Assembly (NCBI GenBank): GCA_963755915.1
Contig: CAVWLP010000002.1
Location: 960,001-1,024,000, forward strand
Length of the DNA stretch: 64,000 nucleotides
Direction of reading: 5' to 3'
DNA from: an uncultured Phycisphaerales bacterium
GTDB lineage: Bacteria > Planctomycetota > Phycisphaerae > Tepidisphaerales > Tepidisphaeraceae
Shown here: one piece after another, positions 10,953 through 20,968 of the stretch
Layout: every line of letters begins with the position of its first letter
Numbering within the stretch: position 1 is the stretch's first letter
Program-made: the position numbers and the translations under genes
Notes under the pieces: model-generated
Told to the model about the DNA's origin: nothing
The model's input: the letters and a program-made list of their open reading frames with translations, nothing else
Database searches by the model: none

Positions 10953-12614
10953 CTACCAGCTCACCAGCACCGCCGTCGCGTCATCCGAAAGTGCTTCGGT
11001 CCCTGCAAACTCGTAAACATCCTTGAAAAGATGCGCAATCGCATTTTCCGGCGGGTTGGAAGCCGTCAGCGCGGCCTTCACCCGCTCGACACCAAATTCC
11101 TCCCGGCCCTGGGCGGCGTCCAATTGCGGCTGTTCAACCAACCCGTCGCTGATAATCAGCGCCCGGCTGTGAGCGGGAAGGGGTTTGGTGACCACGGAGA
11201 AATTGGCGTCCGGCGTGATGCCGATGGGAATGGCGTCCCCTTCGCGGAGAAGTTCGAAGTTATCGCCGGCGGTCTCCAGCAGCGCGTAGCCGTGACCGGC
11301 GTCGACATAGCTGACCGTCATTTTGTTCGGATCGAAGATTCCCACCCAGAGGGTCAGGAACTTGGTCTCCGGCCGGCGGGGATGCACGAACGCATTCAGA
11401 TCGCGCACCGCCCGGGCGAGATCGCCGTGGAGGAAAATGGCCGCGTGCAGAAAGCCCTGGGAAGCGGTCATGAGGACCGAGGCGGCAACGCCATGCCCGG
11501 AAACGTCGCCCAGCGCGACGGCCAGCCGCCCGTCCGGCAAAACGATGGCGTCGAAAAAGTCGCCGCCGAGATATTGGCCCGGCCGGCTGACGCCCGAGCA
11601 GGTGAAGGGCGCCGCCTTCACGGAATCGCGCGGCAGAATCCATCGCTGTGCCGCCGTGGCGGCCTTCAATTCCGCCTCGATCTGTGCCGAGCGGCGCTCG
11701 ATGTCGAGCCGCTTGAGATTGGCCATCGCCAAGCCCGCCATCTTCGCCAAAGCCAGGCAAAAGCCCGAGGAATTGGGCGGAAGCTGCCGCGGCGCGCCGG
11801 AGCGGCCGCGGGAATCGAGATAGAGATAGGCCGCCACCGTCGAGCCCAGCATCAGCGGGGCACAAATCGCCGCGTCGATGTTCATCTGGATGATGCTCTG
11901 CGAGAAATCGTCGCCGCTGGCGGCCGAAAGCTCCGCCAGCACGCCATGCGACGCGGTATTGAGCAGCGACCGGCTGAATCCCATCGCCGCTGATTCCCGG
12001 AGGGACGGCCCCACCTTATTTGCCACGATTTCGATGCGCCCGGTTGAATCCAGCGCGCGAATCACCGCGGCATTCGGAAGCCCGGTGCCCCGGCAGGCGG
12101 CGTCCATCAATGTTTCCGCGAGCGACTTCTCATCGTCGGCCGCGTGAATCGCCGAGGCCGTTTCCAGCAGCAGGTTGAGCAGGTCGTCGCGAAGCGGCTG
12201 GGAGGCGCGGTCGGGGGCGTGGCTCTGAACCATCGTGCCGGCCGTCGCCGTATCGTCGACCGCCCGCAGCCCGCGCTGCGGAACGCCCTGCGTGGAAAAG
12301 CTGAACGTCCAGGGAACGATGCGAAGCAGATCGCCGGGCGAAAGCGGCATTTCCCGGTTCGGTGGAATTCGGATGCCGTTGAGAAACGTGCCCCAGCGGC
12401 TGTGGAGGTCGGTGATCCGCCAGTTGCCCCCCTGGTGCGTGAAGCGGGCGTGCTGCCGGGAAACCTGGTCCGCATCTACCGGAAGGCGCAAGGCGCAATG
12501 CTCGTTGCGGCCCAGCAGAAGGGTATGGGCGGTCTGTTTCAGCTCCAGAGGGGGGATTTCCGGGCCGCCAGGGAGGGGGATCAGCCAGGCGGATTCCGGG
12601 GCGGAAGTGGACAT
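10953..12614 (-). CDS. FHA + GAF + SpoIIE/PP2C-family phosphatase
   Basis: FHA (LLGRNEHC..VSRQH..GTFLNG), GAF-like AAICAPL..LYLD, PP2C motifs GGDFFD, GDVSGHG, DAGH, SDGLVE, DDAT. Confidence 0.88.
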   Translation of the reverse strand: MSTSAPESAWLIPLPGGPEIPPLELKQTAHTLLLGRNEHCALRLPVDADQVSRQHARFTHQGGNWRITDLHSRWGTFLNGIRIPPNREMPLSPGDLLRIVPWTFSFSTQGVPQRGLRAVDDTATAGTMVQSHAPDRASQPLRDDLLNLLLETASAIHAADDEKSLAETLMDAACRGTGLPNAAVIRALDSTGRIEIVANKVGPSLRESAAMGFSRSLLNTASHGVLAELSAASGDDFSQSIIQMNIDAAICAPLMLGSTVAAYLYLDSRGRSGAPRQLPPNSSGFCLALAKMAGLAMANLKRLDIERRSAQIEAELKAATAAQRWILPRDSVKAAPFTCSGVSRPGQYLGGDFFDAIVLPDGRLAVALGDVSGHGVAASVLMTASQGFLHAAIFLHGDLARAVRDLNAFVHPRRPETKFLTLWVGIFDPNKMTVSYVDAGHGYALLETAGDNFELLREGDAIPIGITPDANFSVVTKPLPAHSRALIISDGLVEQPQLDAAQGREEFGVERVKAALTASNPPENAIAHLFKDVYEFAGTEALSDDATAVLVSW

Positions 12615-12628
12615 GGGAAGGCATTATC

Positions 12629-12737
12629 ATTGCCGATTGCCGATTGCCAAATGCCGAATTGACAATTTAATAAGGGGTATTTAACGCCCAAACCGGGTCT
12701 TTCATTGGGCAATTGGCCATCGGCAATTCGGCATTCT
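12629..12737. repeat. Inverted heptamer-repeat element (TGCCGAT/ATCGGCA units)
   Basis: TTGCCGA-TTGCCGA-TTGCCAA-ATGCCGA-ATTGACA on the left; complementary TTGGGCA-ATTGGCC-ATCGGCA-ATTCGGC-ATTC on the right. Confidence 0.7.
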
Positions 12738-12806
12738 CGGTTGAGACCGAGTATCACCCATGCTATGCTTACTTTGCCGATTTTAGACGTAACGAAAGGA
12801 AAGACT

Positions 12807-13142
12807 ATGCCCATTACCTTGTCGGAAACCGCGGCCCGTGAGATCAAGACCATCATCAAGCAGCAGGAGTTGCCCGAAGAGCAGACCAAGCTCAGGGTTG
12901 GTGTAAAGGGCGGTGGATGCAGCGGATTCAGCTACATGCTGGACCTCACTGAGGAAACCAAGTCCGATGCCGACGAGGAAATGGATTCACAGGGGGTTAA
13001 GATCCTTTGCGACATGAAGTCTTATCTGTACCTCAACGGCACGGAGATCGACTTCAAGGATGAAGTGATGGGGCGCGGATTCGTGTTCAAAAACCCCAAC
13101 GCCACCAGCACCTGCGGGTGCGGGAGCAGCTTCCAGGCCTGA
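12807..13142 (+). CDS. iscA: A-type Fe-S carrier protein (HesB/IscA/SufA family)
   Basis: MPITLSETAA..LRVGVKGGGCSGFSY..NPNATSTCGCGSSF. Confidence 0.93.
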   Translation: MPITLSETAAREIKTIIKQQELPEEQTKLRVGVKGGGCSGFSYMLDLTEETKSDADEEMDSQGVKILCDMKSYLYLNGTEIDFKDEVMGRGFVFKNPNATSTCGCGSSFQA

Positions 13143-13170
13143 TCGCGCCGCCTTCTGCAGGGACGCAAAC

Positions 13171-13254
13171 TTCACCGCGGAGATCGCAGAGACCGCGGAG
13201 AAAAATCAAAGCTTAAACCAGTTTCTCTGCGCTCTCCGCGATCTCCGCGGTGAA
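13171..13254. repeat. 33-bp-arm inverted repeat built of 9-nt units (CGCGGAGAT / CGCAGAGAC)
   Basis: 13171-13203 matches the reverse complement of 13222-13254 at 30/33, around an 18-nt AT-rich loop. Confidence 0.85.
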
Positions 13255-13299
13255 TATGCTCTTTGTTTGTTTACGACCTTGTGAATTGTCGAGGCGACC

Positions 13300-14753
13300 A
13301 TGCCCACCGCTGAAACCGAAATCGAAACGCTGGCGAACAAGGAATACAAGTGGGGATTCATCAGCGATATTGAAGCCGATTCCGCGCCGCCGGGGCTCAA
13401 CGAGGAGATCGTTCGGTTTATCTCGCTGAAGAAAAAAGAGCCGCAGTGGATGCTGGACTGGCGGCTGAAGGCATTCCGGCACTGGCAGACCATGACCGAG
13501 CCCCACTGGGCGATGGTCCATCATGCGCCGATCGACTATCAGAAGACGATCTATTTCTCCGCGCCCAAGCCGAAGCTCAAAAGCATGGGCGAAGTCGACC
13601 CCGAGCTGCTGAAGATTTACGAGAAGCTGGGCGTCCCAATGAGCGAGCAGGCGGCCCTGGCCGGCGTGGAGACAACGCCGGTCGCCGTCGATGCGGTCTT
13701 TGACAGCGTTTCCGTTGCCACCACCTTCAAAAAGACCCTGGCGGGAAAGGGGATCATCTTCTGCTCCTTTGGTGAGGCAGTGCAGGAGCATCCGGAACTG
13801 GTGCGCAAGTACATGGGCTCAGTGGTTCCCTATTCCGACAACTATTTTGCGACGCTCAACAGCGCGGTCTTCACGGACGGCAGCTTCTGCTACGTCCCCA
13901 AGGGCGTGAAATGCCCGATGGAATTGAGCACCTATTTCCGCATCAATGCAAAAAACACCGGCCAGTTTGAGCGGACGCTGATCATCGCCGATGAGGGTGC
14001 ATCCGTGAGTTATTTGGAGGGATGCACCGCGCCGATGCGCGACGAGAATCAGCTTCACGCCGCCGTCGTTGAGTTAGTGGCGATGGACAACGCCAGCATC
14101 AAGTACAGCACGGTGCAAAACTGGTATCCCGGCGACAAGGAGGGCAAAGGCGGGATTTATAACTTCGTCACCAAGCGCGGCACTGCCGCGGCCGCGCCAG
14201 CAAGATAAGCTGGACCCAGGTGGAAACCGGCTCGGCCATCACCTGGAAATATCCAAGCTGCATCCTTCAGGGCGACAACAGCGTCGGTGAATTCTACAGC
14301 GTCGCCCTGACCAACCACCGCCAGCAGGCCGATACCGGCACCAAGATGATCCACATCGGCAAAAACACCCGCAGCACCATCGTCAGCAAAGGTATTAGCG
14401 CCGGTTTCGGGCAGAATTGCTACCGCGGCCTGGTAAAGATTCTCAAAGGCGCAAGCAACAGCCGCAATTACACCCAGTGCGATTCGCTGCTCCTGGGCGA
14501 CCGTTGCGGGGCCCACACCGTGCCGTATATCGAGGTTCGCAACACCAGCAGCCGGGCCGAGCACGAAGCCAGCACAAGCAAGATCGGCGAAGACCAGCTA
14601 TTCTACTGCAAGAGCCGGGGCATCAGCTTGGAAGACGCGATCAACATCATCGTCAGCGGGTTCTGCAAGGAGGTTTTCAAGGAGCTGCCGATGGAGTTCG
14701 CCGTGGAGGCGAAGAAGTTGCTGGGAGTAAGTTTGGAGGGGTCCGTTGGCTGA
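13300..14753 (+). CDS. sufB: Fe-S cluster assembly protein SufB (apparent frameshift near 14190)
   Basis: [67 protein letters not shown]. Confidence 0.96.
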
Positions 14754-15015
14754 AGATCGCGGATACAGCGTATTGAAGCGCAATGGCAAGCCGGTGGCCT
14801 ATTTGTTTTCGGCGGAACACTATGACGAGGAAGACATTGGGTACATGAGCGACTCTAAGTTTTGGGAAATGATCCGCGAGCAACGGGAGAGCGATGAAGT
14901 CATTCCACTCGAACAAGTGGAAAGAGAAATAGCCGCAAGAGAGAAAGCACAACGGACGCGAAAGACACTCAAAAAAAGGAACGGGAAATTGAGTCGCACA
15001 AAAGGATCGAACTGA
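14746..15015 (+). CDS. Small Phd/YefM-antitoxin-like protein, possibly N-terminally truncated, between sufB and sufC
   Basis: [12 protein letters not shown] resembles the Phd/YefM (V/I)TRxGxPVAVL signature; visibly lower GC than the flanking suf genes. Confidence 0.5.
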   Translation: MAEDRGYSVLKRNGKPVAYLFSAEHYDEEDIGYMSDSKFWEMIREQRESDEVIPLEQVEREIAAREKAQRTRKTLKKRNGKLSRTKGSN

Positions 15016-15016
15016 C

Positions 15017-15784
15017 ATGGCGTTACTAGAGATAAAAAACCTTCACGCCCGCGTCGCCGCCCCCGGAGGCCGCGACATCCTCAAAGGCGTGAACCTGACC
15101 ATCGAAGCCGGCGAAGTTCACGCCATCATGGGCAAGAACGGCTCCGGCAAGAGCACGCTGGCCCAGGTGCTGGCCGGTCGCGAAACGTATGAGGTCACGC
15201 AGGGATCGGTCGAATATGACGGCAAGAATCTGCTCGAGCTCTCCGCCGAAGAGCGGGCCCGCGAAGGAATCTTCCTGGCGTTCCAGTATCCGGTGGAAAT
15301 CCCCGGCGTCGATACGAGCTATTTTCTGAAGGCCGCCGTCAACGCCGTCCGCAAGCATCACGGCGAGCCGGACGTCGATACGATGGAGTTTCTCAAGCTC
15401 GTCAGGGAAAAAATGGCCCTGCTGAAAATGGATCAGAGCTTCATGCATCGCGCCGTCAACGAGGGATTCTCCGGCGGGGAGAAAAAGCGCAACGAGATTT
15501 TTCAGATGGCCGTCTGCAACCCCAAGCTCGCGCTGATGGATGAAACCGATTCCGGCCTGGACATCGACGCGCTGAAGATCGTCGCCAACGGCGCCAACAG
15601 CCTTCGCCGCCGCGATCGGGCGATCTTGCTGGTGACCCACTATCAGCGCCTGCTCAATTACATCGTGCCGGACGCCGTCCACGTGATGATGGACGGCCGC
15701 ATCGTAAAAACAGGCGACAAAAACCTCGCGCTGCAGCTGGAAGAGCGCGGATATGACTGGGTGAAACCAGACCAGGCAGCGTGA
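15017..15784 (+). CDS. sufC: Fe-S assembly ATPase SufC
   Basis: GKNGSGKST, FLAFQYPVEIPGV, NEGFSGGEKKRNE, DETDSGLDIDAL, THYQRLL. Confidence 0.97.
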   Translation: MALLEIKNLHARVAAPGGRDILKGVNLTIEAGEVHAIMGKNGSGKSTLAQVLAGRETYEVTQGSVEYDGKNLLELSAEERAREGIFLAFQYPVEIPGVDTSYFLKAAVNAVRKHHGEPDVDTMEFLKLVREKMALLKMDQSFMHRAVNEGFSGGEKKRNEIFQMAVCNPKLALMDETDSGLDIDALKIVANGANSLRRRDRAILLVTHYQRLLNYIVPDAVHVMMDGRIVKTGDKNLALQLEERGYDWVKPDQAA

Positions 15785-17133
15785 GCGTGAACATGACCAG
15801 ACTCGCAAGCGGAAAATTATCAGAGCCGGCGCGGACAGAAGATTCGCCCGGCTGGCTCAGCGCGCTGAAGCACAGCGCCACCGAGCGATTTGCCGCGGTG
15901 GGGTATCCAACGACCACCGACGAAGAGTGGCGGCTGACAAACGTCGCGCCAATCGCGAAAACCAAGTTCGCATTCGCAAGCGCTCAGGTTGACGCTGAAG
16001 CGGCAGAGCTGATTCGGCGAGCCAGCTTCGGTACCGACGCCGTCGCCGAGCTCGTCTTCGTGAACGGAAATTTCGAAGCGTCGCTTTCGCGAATGCCCAA
16101 AGCCGCCGGGCTGGGCATTGGAACCATCGAGCACGGCGGCGCTGGAACCACCGCCGTCCTGCAGCGAAACCTCGGCCAAGTCGCGGCGATTTCCGGTAAC
16201 CCTTTCGTGGCGCAAAACATGGCTTGGTTGCGCGACGCCGCGGTTGTGCACATCGCCAAAGGCGCTGAGATTTCAGGACCGGTTCATCTGCTGTTTGTTT
16301 CCACCGCCGGCCCGGAGCCCACCCAATCCTTTCCGCGCGTCCTGCTCGTTGCCGATGACAACAGCCAGGCAGCCCTGGTCGAAAGCTTCGTCGGTGGAGG
16401 CGGTGTGCATCTGACCAACGCGGTAACCGAGATCGTCGCCCACAGCGGCAGCCGCATCGACTACAGCCGCATGCAGCGCGGCGGCGAAGAAGGTTTTGCG
16501 ATAACAACGCTTGCCGCGCGGCTCGGTCGCGACGCACGGCTTGTCAGCCACGCCGCAACGCTCGGCGGCAAATTCACCCGCAATGATCTGAACATCATCC
16601 TCGCCGGCGAAGGCGCCGACGCGACGATCAACGGACTGGTGGTCGTGGAAAAGGATCAGCACTGCGACAACCACACCCTGCTCGATCACGCCGCCCCCAA
16701 TTGCCCCAGCCACGAGCTCTACAAACACGTCCTCAGCGGCAAGGCGACCTGCGTCTTCAAGGGCAAAATCCTCGTCCGCCAGGATTCCCAGAAGACCGAC
16801 TCCAAGCAGTCGAGCAAATCGCTGCTCCTCTCCGACGACGCGCAGATGAACAGCCAGCCCGCCCTCGAGATCTACGCCGACGACGTGAAGTGCACGCACG
16901 GCAGCACTACCGGGCCCGTCGACGAGGAAATGGTCTTCTACCTGCGTTCCCGCGGCGTAGGCCTCGACGCCGCCCGCCACCTGCTCACCTACGCCTTCGC
17001 CGCCGACATCACCCGGCGGATCAAGGTCGAGCCCGTGCGCCGCCGCCTGGAAGATTTCCTCTCCGCGCAGCACGGACTTCCGCAGGACCTGCGCATCACC
17101 GATCTGGGCGAGCATGATGAAAAGGCGCGATGA
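15781..17133 (+). CDS. sufD: Fe-S assembly protein SufD
   Basis: EEWRLTN, FKGKILV..KTDSKQ..LLLS, PALEIYADDVKCTHGST, FYLRSRG. Confidence 0.95.
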   Translation: MSVNMTRLASGKLSEPARTEDSPGWLSALKHSATERFAAVGYPTTTDEEWRLTNVAPIAKTKFAFASAQVDAEAAELIRRASFGTDAVAELVFVNGNFEASLSRMPKAAGLGIGTIEHGGAGTTAVLQRNLGQVAAISGNPFVAQNMAWLRDAAVVHIAKGAEISGPVHLLFVSTAGPEPTQSFPRVLLVADDNSQAALVESFVGGGGVHLTNAVTEIVAHSGSRIDYSRMQRGGEEGFAITTLAARLGRDARLVSHAATLGGKFTRNDLNIILAGEGADATINGLVVVEKDQHCDNHTLLDHAAPNCPSHELYKHVLSGKATCVFKGKILVRQDSQKTDSKQSSKSLLLSDDAQMNSQPALEIYADDVKCTHGSTTGPVDEEMVFYLRSRGVGLDAARHLLTYAFAADITRRIKVEPVRRRLEDFLSAQHGLPQDLRITDLGEHDEKAR

Positions 17134-18893
17134 GATATCTTCGCCCTCGTTAGCCGTGGCCGAGCCCAACGCCCATTCCCCGAAATTCGACATCGAGCGG
17201 ATCCGCTCGCAATTCCCCATCCTCCACCGCAAAATCCACGGCAAGCCCTTGATCTATTTCGACAACGGCGCCACCACCCAGAAGCCGCGCGGCGTCATCG
17301 AAACCCTCACCCGCTATTACGAATCCGAAAACGCCAACATTCACCGCGGCGTCCATACCCTCAGCCAGGAAGCCACCGCCGCCTATGAAGCCGCCCGCGA
17401 GAAAATCGCCCATTTCATCAACGCCGAGCACGCCCGCCAGATCATTTTCACCCGCGGCACCACCGAGTCGATCAACCTCGTCGCCGGCACTTACGGCCGG
17501 AAATTCCTGAAAACCGGCGACGAAATCATCCTCTCGGCAATGGAGCACCATTCCAACATCGTCCCCTGGCAGATCCTCGCCGAAGAAATCGGCGCAAAAA
17601 TCCGCGTCATCCCCATGAACGACCGCGGCGAATTGCTCATGGACGAATTCGAAAAGCTCCTCAGCGATCGCACCAAAATCGTCTCGGTCGTACATCTCTC
17701 GAATTCCCTGGGGACGATCAACCCCGTCCGGGAAATCATCGCCAGGGCGCATCAGCGCGGCGCCGTGGTCCTGCTCGACGGCGCCCAGTGGGTCGCCCAC
17801 GGACCTCTCGACGTGCGCGAGCTCGACGTCGATTTCTACGCCTTCTCAGGCCACAAGCTCTACGGCCCCACCGGAATCGGCGTCCTCTACGGAAAAGAAA
17901 AACTGCTCGACGCCATGCCCCCATACCAGGGCGGCGGAGACATGATCAGCTCCGTGACCTTCGAGAAAACAACCTACAACGCACTTCCCCATAAGTTTGA
18001 AGCCGGAACGCCCCACATCGCCGGCGGCATCGGCCTAGGCGCGGCAATCGATTTCGTGAACTCCATCGGCCGCGAAAACATCGCCCGCTACGAGCAGGAA
18101 CTGCTCATCCATGCGACCGGACTGCTGGAAGAGATCCCCGGCGTCCGAATCATCGGCACCGCCCGCGAAAAAGCCGGCGTGATTTCCCTTGTCGTCAACA
18201 ACCCCCCCATCGCCCCGCTCGACGTCGGAATGCGGCTCGACGCCGACGGAATCGCCGTCCGAACCGGCCACCACTGCTGCCAACCGGTGATGGACCGCCT
18301 GATGATCCCCGCCACCGCACGGGCGTCCTTTGCGATCTACAACACAACGCAGGAAGTTGAAGCCCTCGCCTCCGCATTAAAACGCATCGTCGCAGCCGAA
18401 TCGGGGAAAGTCAGCCAGAAGATCGCGCCGCCCGCCCCGAAGCAGCGCGAGCTTGAGCTCCATTTCCCCCAGGCCGCCGGTGTCTCCCCATCTGCCGTCG
18501 CCGAAGAGCTGGTATCGGAATTCGAATTCCTCGGCGATTGGGAAGTAAGGCACCAGTACCTGATCGAAAAGGGCGAAACCCTCCCGCCCATGCCGCCGGT
18601 CATCAAAAGCGAATCCAACCGCGTGCGCGGCTGCATGAGCGTGGTCCATCTCTTCGCGCAAACGCCCCGGCTCGGCCGATGCCCTCGAATTCCTCGCCGA
18701 CAGCGACGCCGCCATCGTCCGCGGCCTCATCTGGCTCCTGGAGCGCGTCTTCTCCGGACAATCCGCAAAAGAAATTCTCTCTTTCGACATCGAATCCCTC
18801 CTGGGCCGCCTGGGCCTCGACCGGCAATTAAGCATGGGCCGCAGAAACGGCCTCGCCGGAATGATTCAGCGAATCCTGCGCCGAAGCGGGTAA
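17114..18893 (+). CDS. sufS: Cysteine desulfurase SufS with fused C-terminal SufE domain (apparent frameshift near 18660)
   Basis: YFDNGATTQKP, FSGHKLYGPTG, RTGHHCCQP, then in frame SufE-like EFEFLGDWEVRHQYLIE..RVRGCMS; ADSDAAIVRGL..LSMGRRNGL continues in the next frame. Confidence 0.9.
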
Positions 18894-18907
18894 GCTGGTG
18901 AACGATC

Positions 18908-19387
18908 ATGGAACCTGAAAACGACAAACCCCCAGAGAATCAATCCACAGAGAAGCAATCGCTTCCGGTGCTCCCGCATTCCGGCAAGGCCGAGCAAATG
19001 AAACAGGAAGCCGCGGTCCATCCCACCCCAATGGATTTCGGCCACGCGATGCACCGCACCGTCGGCGATTTATCGCCTGCCCAGCGCGCCCTCGAATCGA
19101 ACATCGTCGAGGTCATTCGCACCGTCTACGACCCCGAAATCCCCGTCAACGTCTACGACCTGGGCTTGATTTACGAAATCGCCATCGACCCTGAAAACCG
19201 CGTCAACGTAAAGATGACGCTGACCGCTCCCGGATGCCCCGTCGCCGGCTCACTGCCGGTTGAAGTCGAGCGAAAAATCGAAGCGGTCGCCGGCGTAAAA
19301 GACGCCGAGGTCGAGCTCGTCTGGGACCCGCCCTGGGACAAGTCACGCATGTCTGAAGCCGCCATGCTCGACCTGGGAATCGCTTAA
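18908..19387 (+). CDS. sufT: DUF59 Fe-S assembly protein (SufT-like)
   Basis: VYDPEIPVNVYDLGLIY, MTLTAPGCPVAG, LVWDPPWDKSRMSEAA. Confidence 0.9.
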   Translation: MEPENDKPPENQSTEKQSLPVLPHSGKAEQMKQEAAVHPTPMDFGHAMHRTVGDLSPAQRALESNIVEVIRTVYDPEIPVNVYDLGLIYEIAIDPENRVNVKMTLTAPGCPVAGSLPVEVERKIEAVAGVKDAEVELVWDPPWDKSRMSEAAMLDLGIA

Positions 19388-19457
19388 AACCGCTTCAGCC
19401 GCGCAATTATCGGACATCCGTGACAATTGACGGAGGCGTCGATACATTTTCGACGAC

Positions 19458-20438
19458 GTGCAAGCCACTCCCATACGCCTGGGAATTCTGCTCGCCGCGA
19501 TCGCGGCCGGCCTCTCGATAGCGCCAATCGCCAGGGCAGATGATCTCACCAATCCCACCCCGGGCACGCCCAAAAATTTCACGTCCGCCGTCCAGGCCAG
19601 CGACGTCATCCTCGCCTCGGTCGTCGGCAACGAGGCCGAAGATCCCTTCGCCTCCCAGCAGCCCGACGTCCTTCCCGAGTGGGGCGATCAGGAAGTCAAC
19701 AACGGCAAGGTCCATTTCACCTTCGACTTCGCCTACTCCAACCGCTACCTCTACCGCGGCGTCGACCAGGACGCCGTTGCCTCACACAGCAACTCGCTGA
19801 ACCTGCTCTTCGACGGAAAGCTGGAATTCGACCTCGACAAATACCCCCATCCCTACGTTGAAGTCTTCACCAACATCTACGATTCCGACCCCGTCTCGCG
19901 CTTCCAGGAAGTCAGGCCCATCCTCGGCGTCAACTGGGACCTCAAGCCCTTCGATCTCGATCTCTCCGAGATCAGCTACATTTATCCCGAGCGCGAGTCG
20001 TATAACTATCCGGAAATCGACTTTAAGATCACCCTCGACGACAACCTGCTTTTGAATACCGAAAGGCCGGTCCTTTCCCCCTATGTCCTCGGCGCCTTTG
20101 AATATCAGAAGAACGAGGGGTGGTACGTGGAAACGGGAGTCAAGCACGATTTTGTCTTTGAGGATTGGGGCCTGGTCGTCACCCCCCAGGCCTGCGTCGC
20201 CTGGATTTCCGGAAGGCAGCAGATGTTCGTCTTCATCAACACCATCAAGAGCACCGGCTGGCAGCATTTAGAAGTCGGGCTCAACATCTCCTATTCTCTC
20301 AACAAGCTGCTCAACGTCTCCACCAAATACGGCGAGTTCGACGTCAAAGGATACGGCTTCTACGACGACAAGCTCTCCGACCAGGTCACCGCATCGAATG
20401 CCTTCTGGGGGGGAATTGGGCTGGGGTTCAGGTATTGA
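19458..20438 (+). CDS. Putative outer-membrane beta-barrel protein
   Basis: Signal peptide (..ARA), SNRYLYRG motif, alternating aromatic strands, C-terminal GIGLGFRY beta-signal. Confidence 0.65.
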   Translation: MQATPIRLGILLAAIAAGLSIAPIARADDLTNPTPGTPKNFTSAVQASDVILASVVGNEAEDPFASQQPDVLPEWGDQEVNNGKVHFTFDFAYSNRYLYRGVDQDAVASHSNSLNLLFDGKLEFDLDKYPHPYVEVFTNIYDSDPVSRFQEVRPILGVNWDLKPFDLDLSEISYIYPERESYNYPEIDFKITLDDNLLLNTERPVLSPYVLGAFEYQKNEGWYVETGVKHDFVFEDWGLVVTPQACVAWISGRQQMFVFINTIKSTGWQHLEVGLNISYSLNKLLNVSTKYGEFDVKGYGFYDDKLSDQVTASNAFWGGIGLGFRY

Positions 20439-20524
20439 AACCGCATTAATTGTGGGTCATTGCAAAGCCGACTGCCTCAATGGTTAACGTCGCGATCACG
20501 CCGTGCTGATATGATATTCGGCTT

Positions 20525-20783
20525 ATGGTGTTGAGCCTTTCAATTTCGAATCAAGCCGAGGCCATTCTCAAGGCAAAAGCCAGCGCCGCCGGCGTCGATT
20601 TGCCCACCTATGTTTCGGGGCTTATCGAACAGTCAGCACGCACCGATCTCAATTCAGGAAATTAGCGGCCCCGTCGCGGACGACTTTGCAAAAACCGGCA
20701 TGACCGAAGATGAACTGAGCAATGTCCTGGAAGATGCAAAGCACCAGATGCGGGCGGAAAAACAAAAACGTCGCGGCGCATGA
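20525..20783 (+). CDS. Small antitoxin-like protein (one frameshift near 20645; missing from the ORF track)
   Basis: MVLSLSISNQAEAILKAKASAAGVDLPTYVSGLIE (RHH-like) joined by a frameshift to ISIQEISGPVADDFAKTGMTEDELSNVLEDAKHQMRAEKQKRRGA*. Confidence 0.55.
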
Positions 20784-20840
20784 GCGAAGGTCATCCGACC
20801 CGTTCTCTCGCCCGAATTCTATTGGCCCGCCCGCATTTTC

Positions 20841-20880
20841 CCCCTCCCCTGGTACTCCGGGGGAGGGTTGGGGTGGGGGC
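20841..20880 (-). repeat. GTAC-loop palindromic element, copy 1
   Basis: Reverse complement is 39/40 identical to 42091-42130. Confidence 0.9.
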
Positions 20881-20968
20881 CGCTTCGCAAATGAGCGTCA
20901 CACGCACGGACGGCCACACCGAAGGAGCCCCTTGATTCCCCCCCACCCCCACGGCACGATGCACCCTC

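Noticed and set aside
12705-12806. Long N-terminal extensions given by the ORF track (12705, 39275, 41416, 52332, 57874)
   Set aside because: They run through repeats or neighbouring genes; downstream starts fit the family N-termini better.
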